Positions 7,747 through 15,414 of a DNA stretch of 15,414 nt are shown here, piece by piece. The position numbers were made by a program, and so were the translations under genes. The notes under the pieces were generated by a model. That model worked only from the letters and a program-made list of their open reading frames with translations. It ran no database searches and was not told the origin of the DNA. The DNA comes from a bacterium (GTDB lineage: Bacteria > UBA6262 > WVXT01). Positions within the stretch are counted from its first letter, which is position 1. Every line of letters begins with the position of its first letter. Location of the stretch: positions 1 through 15,414 of the forward strand of contig JBHIBS010000032.1 of NCBI GenBank assembly GCA_046759165.1, in the 5' to 3' direction.

Positions 7747-8829
7747 ATGAAAGTCCTACATCGCTATATTATTACTGAATTCATACCTCCCACCCTTCTC
7801 GCTCTTTTCGTATTTAGCTTTATCTTAACTATGGAAAGGATATTCGACTCAATAAACCTCCTGATTAGCAAGGGTGTGAGCTTTTCTACAGTCATTCAGC
7901 TTCTCGGATATGCATTACCTCCCATTCTGGTTTACACCATTCCCTTGGCAATCCTGGCGGGCACCCTTATCTGTTTTGGGAGACTCTCTTCCGACAATGA
8001 GATAACTGCAATCCAGGCCTCGGGTCTAAGCCTCTACACTATCTTTCTTCCTGTCATTATTGTGAGTCTCATTGTCAGTATATCTCTTGTCTCCTTCAAC
8101 CAGCAGATAGCACCCAGGGCGTATAATCAATTTCGTAGATTATATTACCAGATAATCCACAAGAATCCCGTACTTAAACTTGAAGAGCGCACTTTCCTTG
8201 ACATAAGGGATTACAGGCTTTATGTAGAAAAGATTAAGCATAAAAAGGGGAAACTTTCGGGCATAATTATGTATGAAATGAAAAAGGAAGGCTTTCCCAC
8301 ACTAATCACAGCCCAGCGGGGAAACATGATAAGCAATGAGCAACAAGTGGTTTTCAAGTTATTTGATGGAACCATTCAACAGAAGGATGAAGATGACCCG
8401 AACAAGTACAGCATAACCTATTTTAAGAATTACGATATTTCACTCGACCTTACCCAAACCCCACCCCCGAAGGCTAAACGAATCAGACAGATGGAAAAAT
8501 CTGAACTTTTACAGGAGATAAAAAGACTGAAGCGAGATAATGTCCCTACTTATTCATTAGAAATAGAATACCATCAGCGCAGGTCACTCGCTTTCGCTGC
8601 ATTTGTTTTCTGCTTAATCGGAATTCCCCTGGGAATAAGAGCACGCCAGAAGGGAAAATCGATTGGATTTGGCTTGAGCTTGCTCCTGTTTCTGTTATAC
8701 TGGTTTCTCCTGATGGAAGGGATTAGGCTGGGAGAGAGAGGAATCACTCCTCCACAGCTGGGTGTGTGGATACCAAATTTGGCCATAGGAATAACTGGGG
8801 CCTGGATGATTTACAGAACCACAAAGTGA
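7747..8829 (+). CDS. lptF: LPS export ABC transporter permease LptF
   Basis: MKVLHRYIITEFIPP start; GRLSSDNEITAIQASGLS motif; 3 TM + periplasmic domain + 3 TM with IGIPLG. Start moved to 7747 because ATG 7678 lies within the promoter. Confidence 0.88.
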   Translation: MKVLHRYIITEFIPPTLLALFVFSFILTMERIFDSINLLISKGVSFSTVIQLLGYALPPILVYTIPLAILAGTLICFGRLSSDNEITAIQASGLSLYTIFLPVIIVSLIVSISLVSFNQQIAPRAYNQFRRLYYQIIHKNPVLKLEERTFLDIRDYRLYVEKIKHKKGKLSGIIMYEMKKEGFPTLITAQRGNMISNEQQVVFKLFDGTIQQKDEDDPNKYSITYFKNYDISLDLTQTPPPKAKRIRQMEKSELLQEIKRLKRDNVPTYSLEIEYHQRRSLAFAAFVFCLIGIPLGIRARQKGKSIGFGLSLLLFLLYWFLLMEGIRLGERGITPPQLGVWIPNLAIGITGAWMIYRTTK

Positions 8830-8844
8830 TTGAATGCAACATTT

Positions 8845-8865
8845 GTAGTCATGGTTTCAACCGTG
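8845..8865 (+). repeat. Degenerate GTAG-REP hairpin between lptF and lptG
   Basis: GTAGT-CATGGTT-TC-AACCGTG. Confidence 0.45.
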
Positions 8866-8884
8866 CAAGAACAGGAATGTTCAA

Positions 8885-9970
8885 ATGCGTATTTTAACTC
8901 GTTACATATTAAATGAATTCTTGAAACCATTTCTCTTGGGGATAGTTGCTTTTGCCTCCCTACTCATAATTTCTGAATTATTCGTCCAGCTCGACAGATG
9001 GATCGACCTCAAGACTCCCCTTCTGGTCTGTGCAGAATATCTCCTCTGGCGAACACCTGAATGGCTGGTCCAGATATCTCCCGTGGCAGTTCTACTAGCC
9101 ACTCTTTTCTCACTGGGGGGGTTTGCTCGCCATAACGAACTTACAGCTATGAAAGCCTCTGGATTAAGCTTATACAGAATTCTACTTCCTCTATTACTTC
9201 TTTGCTTGTTCCTCGTTCTCGGGTCTCTCCTATTCAGTGAGGTGGTTGTGCCTTATGCCAATCAAAGGGTAGATTACATCTACAATGTGAAAGTGAAGCA
9301 TCGAAAAATCAGGGATTATCAAAAACAGGATAACCTTGTGATAGCAGGGGAGGAAGGACGGATGTACACCATCAAGTACCTTGATGGAGAAAAGAAATTA
9401 ATGGAAGAAGTATCGGTTGACCAATTTAACAAAGACTTTGCTATGGTAAATCAAATCTACGCCAAAAAAGCCATATGGAAAGGTGACTACTGGATATTTT
9501 ACGACGGAGTTTTCCGCCAGTTTGACCATAACGAAACAGGGACAATCAGAGAAGAGAAATTTAAGGAAAGGGTCTTCTATTTGCCAGAACGCTTAGACCA
9601 TTTTTGCCGTAAACAAAAGAAGCCTAATGAAATGAACTATTTTGAGTTGAGAGATTATATCGCAAAGCTGACCAAAAATGGGATTCCAGCAATTCGAGAA
9701 AAAGTGGCACTCTATTCAAAGGTATCCTTTCCCTTTTCCTCTCTCATAATTATGCTCGTTGGCATTCCCTTTGCCCTGCAGACTTCAAAAAGCGGGAAAG
9801 TGATGGGATTTGCTTTGAGCATATTTATCTGTTTCCTCTACTGGGGAATGTTCTCTGTAGGTAAAGCAATTGGAGAGAACCGCCTCCTGCCGCCTGTTCC
9901 AGCCGCCTGGTTTGCCAATATTATCTTCGGAATTTTAGGACTGGCCTTAATCTCAAAAATCCACAAATAA
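8885..9970 (+). CDS. lptG: LPS export ABC transporter permease LptG
   Basis: MRILTRYILNEF; ARHNELTAMKASGLS; KPNEMNYFELRDYI; KVSFPF...GIPFA; AAWFANIIF; tandem with lptF. Confidence 0.88.
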   Translation: MRILTRYILNEFLKPFLLGIVAFASLLIISELFVQLDRWIDLKTPLLVCAEYLLWRTPEWLVQISPVAVLLATLFSLGGFARHNELTAMKASGLSLYRILLPLLLLCLFLVLGSLLFSEVVVPYANQRVDYIYNVKVKHRKIRDYQKQDNLVIAGEEGRMYTIKYLDGEKKLMEEVSVDQFNKDFAMVNQIYAKKAIWKGDYWIFYDGVFRQFDHNETGTIREEKFKERVFYLPERLDHFCRKQKKPNEMNYFELRDYIAKLTKNGIPAIREKVALYSKVSFPFSSLIIMLVGIPFALQTSKSGKVMGFALSIFICFLYWGMFSVGKAIGENRLLPPVPAAWFANIIFGILGLALISKIHK

Positions 9971-9975
9971 TAAAA

Positions 9976-10028
9976 GTAGTGTAGCCCTTTATGGGCGTAG
10001 TTTTTACGGGGACAAGCCCCTACACTAC
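9976..10028 (-). repeat. 53-bp REP/BIME-like element, family A copy 2; possible bidirectional terminator
   Basis: Perfect terminal inverted repeat GTAGTGTAG...CTACACTAC; fills almost the whole gap between the convergent lptG and S8 protease stops. Confidence 0.9.
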
Positions 10029-11678
10029 CTATTTTATAACTGCAAGCTTCCCTGCTTTCCTATTGCCATCAGCATTAACCACATATATATAGATCCCCGA
10101 AGCTACCCTCTCCCCATAATCATTTCTCCCATCCCAATTGTATTTGTAAACATATCCATCATCATACCACTTATCCATATAGATACTGCTCCCTTCTACA
10201 TCTAAAACCATTTCTCCAGCTAAATTATAAATACCAATACTTTTATCCACTACAGCTCGCTTAGTGGTAAAATAGATAGTAGTATAATTTTCCTCTCTTG
10301 GTTTAAATGGATTGGGATAGTTCATTGTCATATGCACGATATTTCCTGCCACATAATAAGCAGTCAAGGCACTATAAGCATCTATCCTTCCCCATCCCGT
10401 CTCCTGGTCCCAACCAGAACTACCTATATCATCCGCGGTCTTCTCAATTATTCGCCTTACATCAGAAGGCGCCAATCCTCCTAAATGGGAGAGGATTAAA
10501 GCTGCCAGTCCAGAAACAAATGGTGTAGCCATGGATGTACCCCAACTAGGACCATAATTACTGTCCACCAACCCTGTACCCATTCGGACCGTACTCAAAA
10601 TATTAACTCCAGGTGCCACCACGTCGACCTGCGGTCCATAATTGCTAGAACCCCACCTCTCATCGCTCGGATTAGATGCACCAACCGCAATCACATTATC
10701 GTATGCTGCTGGGTAAGCAACGTAGGGTTTATTGTCGTTCCCAGAGGCAGCTACTAAAAGGCATCCTTTGTTATAGGCGTCGTCTATGGCTTGCCTTTCC
10801 AACTCATTAGGAGTGGGGGGATACCCAGTAGTGCCAAAACTCATGCTTATAATATGCGCACCCTTGGTAACAGCATAATCTATACCTTCCAATTCATCGT
10901 CCAATGTTCCCTCTCCATTGGCGTCGAGCACTTTCACCGCCATAATTTTAGATTTCCATGATACCCCGGCAATTCCTATACCGTTATTCGTAACCGCTGC
11001 TGCGATGCCAGCACAATGCGTGCCGTGACTTTGATTATGGTCATCATCAGGATCGTCATCCTCATTAACAAAATTCCATCCTTTATCATCATCTATGTAA
11101 CTATTGCCATCATCATCCTGACCATTACCAGGTATTTCTCCCTTGTTTATCCAAATATTGTCTTCCAGGTCCTCGTGGTCATAATCAACGCCAGTATCTA
11201 AAATAGCAATGACAATACTCCCTTTACCGGTCTCCGTGTCCCATGCCTCAGGTGCGTGAATTTGCGTAATTCCCCATTGCTGGCCGAAGTGGGGATCAGC
11301 GGTAAAAGCTTTTCTTATATAGTTTGGCACAGCAAATTCTACATTAGGGTCTTCTCTGTATTTTTTCAACATCTCATTAATAGTTTTGGAAGGTGGAACC
11401 TTCAGGAGATAAAGATTCTTAATTCTGAGTTTTTTCTTTATCTCAACACCGAACTTCTTATTAATTTTATCGATAATCTTTTTTTCAACCTCTCGCTTAA
11501 ATTTTACCAGGAATTCATCAGCTACTACCGATACTTTTCGATTAGTCTTAGGGTGGATAATAAATGCTTTTTTTATCTCTCTTGCCCAGAGGTGATTAGA
11601 GAAGAAAAAAATATTGAATATCAGGAAGGTAAATAATATTTTCTTTTTCATAAGCATGTTCTTGTTCGGTACGCGCAC
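10029..11678 (-). CDS. Secreted S8 (subtilisin-like) serine protease with C-terminal T9SS type A / FlgD-Ig-like domain
   Basis: Signal peptide MKKKILF...LWA (true start probably 11651 or 11657); propeptide (DEFLVKFK...DPNVEFAVPNY); triad ILDTGVD, SHGTHCAG, GTSMATP; C-terminus NYPNPF...IYNLAGEMV...WDGRNDYGERVASGIYIYVV...GKLAVIK. Confidence 0.93.
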   Translation of the reverse strand: MRVPNKNMLMKKKILFTFLIFNIFFFSNHLWAREIKKAFIIHPKTNRKVSVVADEFLVKFKREVEKKIIDKINKKFGVEIKKKLRIKNLYLLKVPPSKTINEMLKKYREDPNVEFAVPNYIRKAFTADPHFGQQWGITQIHAPEAWDTETGKGSIVIAILDTGVDYDHEDLEDNIWINKGEIPGNGQDDDGNSYIDDDKGWNFVNEDDDPDDDHNQSHGTHCAGIAAAVTNNGIGIAGVSWKSKIMAVKVLDANGEGTLDDELEGIDYAVTKGAHIISMSFGTTGYPPTPNELERQAIDDAYNKGCLLVAASGNDNKPYVAYPAAYDNVIAVGASNPSDERWGSSNYGPQVDVVAPGVNILSTVRMGTGLVDSNYGPSWGTSMATPFVSGLAALILSHLGGLAPSDVRRIIEKTADDIGSSGWDQETGWGRIDAYSALTAYYVAGNIVHMTMNYPNPFKPREENYTTIYFTTKRAVVDKSIGIYNLAGEMVLDVEGSSIYMDKWYDDGYVYKYNWDGRNDYGERVASGIYIYVVNADGNRKAGKLAVIK

Positions 11679-11814
11679 CCTTCTGGTTGCAAATTTAAAC
11701 GTCCCGATAAATCAGAGCGACTACCATCTTACTTTTGGTAGCCGCAAATTCTGGACTCCTTGCGAAAGCAAGGTTTTGGTTTTTCAACCTCCCTTTCGGG
11801 AGGACTTCAAGCAT

Positions 11815-11861
11815 GTAGGGGTACGTATAATTTACCCCGCCAAAGCAGGGCGGTCGCCCAA
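11815..11861 (+). repeat. Degenerate REP cluster downstream of the TraF/PorV-like gene
   Basis: GTAG-GGGTA...TACCCC (11815-11838) and GGGCGGTCGCCCAA (11848-11861), related to 7174-7200. Confidence 0.5.
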
Positions 11862-11865
11862 GGAA

Positions 11866-13416
11866 CTAGAAATTAAATGAGAGCCCAAGTGAGCCGATTA
11901 AAGCGGTGGGAAACTTCTGGCCCCCGGCAATACTTGTCCTTTCAGTGCTTACCGCACCAGCAAAATCTAACTGGAAATGAAAGAGATTTAAACCGAGTCC
12001 AGCAGTGAACATACTTCCGTAACTTTCAGATAAATTATCCATAAATCCGCCACGCAGCGCAAGGTTAAGCCAGGGCCTGTTGAGAAGATTCACCTCGGCT
12101 CCCAGGCTCAACATTCTGGAATGGTAGCCCGGGAGAACTGTCTTATTATTTGTCACGTCTAAATCTGCAGAAAGGGTTATGAAATTTAAAGGCCAGTAGG
12201 CTGCCCCAATCCTCACCTGTGGCTCTATAACGTACTTGTCCAAACCTGCTTCTTTCGCTTCTTTCGGCTGACTGAAAGAAGGATAGGTCAAGTTTCTTAC
12301 AACCATTCCAAATCTTGCCCCCCAACTCTCCCTCAAATCATAAAGCGCACCTATATCCGCTCCAATTGTGGTTGAAGTTTTACTATAATCTCTATAATCT
12401 TTATACAGACTCTCGGTGAGGTCTTCTTCCGAAAATACATCAAATTGAGCGAACCCCACAATTCCATACATAAACTTGATATTGCCTCCCACATAAAGGT
12501 TCTTTAACCAGGGTAGTTCCCGTGCATAGGTAACCGGAGCTTCAAAAAGCATTATCCCATTAAACCTGATATTTGTCTCATTACCACTGAACCCGCTACC
12601 TGTAATTGTCCCAAGCACGGCATTTCCGGCCACTTCGGCAATCGTACTGGCCACCGTGGCAATCTCGTCGTCAGAAAGACCCATTAGTGCTCCGGCAATT
12701 ACCAGTTCTTCGGCAATTTTTTGATTATCCCATGACGGGTCCGTGGGAGCTACACCCAAATCATCCAAAGAATTTCCTATACTATTAGCAATTGACTGTT
12801 GTGATGAAGTGAGGTCCCAAAGGTTCGTTCCGCCAGTTCCATCACCTGGGGTTCCATCCAAGTCAACATCTACACACAAAGCATCGAGTGCAGCTGTATC
12901 GACCCCTCCCAGTCCAATATGGACGAGGTCGAGGTCGGGGTCTGTTCCTAACTCAGTTATGTTAATCACTCCCATCCCTAAGTTGCGATAACGAATGTTG
13001 AACCCAGCGTTTATATCCAGAATTAACCCCAGCCCAGATTTGTTTAAATCATCCATTTCATTAATTGCCGAAGTGAATTCTTGTATCAGCTCGGAATCAA
13101 ATGGGGCACCTCCCTTCTGCATTTCCTGAATCTCACCTACTGTATCGGCTATGTCTCCCAGGTCATCCACTTCTTTAATTAGGCCTTCCGTGGTTTCCAT
13201 GCTAACTCCCAAAGGAATCTGGATGTCCAGCCCTTTCTGTAAAGCAAAGCCTGCTGGATTCCAGTACTGGGCAATTGAGTCCTCAGCAACTGCCACAAAT
13301 GCTCCTCCCATTCCCAATGGTCTTGTTCCCAAAATTTTAAATGAACTTGCCAGGCCAATCTGTCCTAAAAACGCCACCATTGAGACTGCTACTGCCAAAC
13401 TAATCGCTTTTCTCAT
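11866..13416 (-). CDS. TraF_2 / PorV-like (FadL-superfamily) outer-membrane beta-barrel protein
   Basis: Signal peptide; N-terminal plug motif GTRPLGMGGAFVAVAEDSIAQYWNPAG; barrel-strand C-terminal half (GADIGALY, FGMVVRNL, PQVRIGAAY, LSADLDV, LALRGG) ending in SFNF; RBS GAGGGGG. Confidence 0.8.
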   Translation of the reverse strand: MRKAISLAVAVSMVAFLGQIGLASSFKILGTRPLGMGGAFVAVAEDSIAQYWNPAGFALQKGLDIQIPLGVSMETTEGLIKEVDDLGDIADTVGEIQEMQKGGAPFDSELIQEFTSAINEMDDLNKSGLGLILDINAGFNIRYRNLGMGVINITELGTDPDLDLVHIGLGGVDTAALDALCVDVDLDGTPGDGTGGTNLWDLTSSQQSIANSIGNSLDDLGVAPTDPSWDNQKIAEELVIAGALMGLSDDEIATVASTIAEVAGNAVLGTITGSGFSGNETNIRFNGIMLFEAPVTYARELPWLKNLYVGGNIKFMYGIVGFAQFDVFSEEDLTESLYKDYRDYSKTSTTIGADIGALYDLRESWGARFGMVVRNLTYPSFSQPKEAKEAGLDKYVIEPQVRIGAAYWPLNFITLSADLDVTNNKTVLPGYHSRMLSLGAEVNLLNRPWLNLALRGGFMDNLSESYGSMFTAGLGLNLFHFQLDFAGAVSTERTSIAGGQKFPTALIGSLGLSFNF

Positions 13417-13442
13417 CCCGCTTCCCCCTCTTGTATTTTCTT

Positions 13443-13467
13443 GTAGGGGTTCGATTCATCGAACCCG
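13443..13467 (+). repeat. GTAG-REP hairpin, family B copy 2
   Basis: GTAGGGGTTCGATTCATCGAACCCG, identical to 7304-7328. Confidence 0.9.
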
Positions 13468-13473
13468 TCAAAG

Positions 13474-13526
13474 GTAGTGTGGGGGCTTGTCCCCGTAAAA
13501 ATTACGCCCATAAAGGGCTACACTAC
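13474..13526 (+). repeat. 53-bp REP/BIME-like element, family A copy 3
   Basis: GTAGTGTGGGGGCTTGTCCCCGTAAAAATTACGCCCATAAAGGGCTACACTAC. Confidence 0.9.
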
Positions 13527-13546
13527 CCGCAAGGACTCCAAAAATT

Positions 13547-13575
13547 ATATTATCACAGACTTGCAAATTTGTCAG
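13547..13575 (-). promoter_or_regulatory. Candidate sigma70 promoter for the TraF/PorV-like gene and S8 protease
   Basis: Minus strand CTGACA (13575-13570), 17-bp spacer, TAATAT (13552-13547) with extended TGn. Confidence 0.55.
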
Positions 13576-13593
13576 TAACTTTTTTCACAGATT

Positions 13594-15257
<1,664 letters not shown>

Positions 15258-15391
15258 TCTAAATCCCCTCTTCTTATCACCTCACAGGATATTCCAACCT
15301 ATCAATTCTTCCAAAGCAAAGTAAGGCCTGCGACCACCATTTTCGACAATATCCAAATTTAACCAGGGCAAAGAATGTAGCTATAATTATT

Positions 15392-15414
15392 GTAGGGGTT
15401 CGATTTATCGAACC
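15392..15414 (+). repeat. GTAG-REP hairpin, family B copy 3 (cut by window end)
   Basis: GTAGGGGTTCGATTTATCGAACC. Confidence 0.85.

Noticed and set aside
11866-13416. Conjugative element implied by the TraF family name
   Set aside because: No other tra/T4SS, relaxase or integrase genes; TraF_2-type barrels are often chromosomal.
7218-13526. CRISPR interpretation of the repeated palindromes
   Set aside because: Copies are dispersed over kilobases in mixed orientation, with no regular spacers and no cas genes.

Overview
Bacterial genomic DNA from a diderm (outer-membrane) organism. In order: a 5'-partial MMPL/RND transporter gene (missing from the ORF track because it runs off the left edge) behind a PadR regulator with a clear promoter and palindromic operator; a 1677-aa SprA/Sov-like outer-membrane protein (T9SS translocon family) whose leader carries a consensus sigma70 promoter and a c-di-GMP-I (GEMM-I) riboswitch; divergent lptF-lptG; a subtilisin-family S8 protease with a T9SS type A/FlgD-Ig-like C-terminal sorting domain; a TraF_2/PorV-like beta-barrel; adenosylhomocysteinase (ahcY); and an orphan, probably 3'-truncated MNT (MntA-like) nucleotidyltransferase. 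Most intergenic spacers hold GTAG-initiated REP-like palindromes of several families. The main candidate system is a compact T9SS-like export locus (SprA-like translocon, PorV/TraF-like barrel, CTD-bearing cargo) with the translocon under apparent c-di-GMP riboswitch control, possibly in a non-Bacteroidota lineage. All family calls come from motif recognition by eye; no searches were run.
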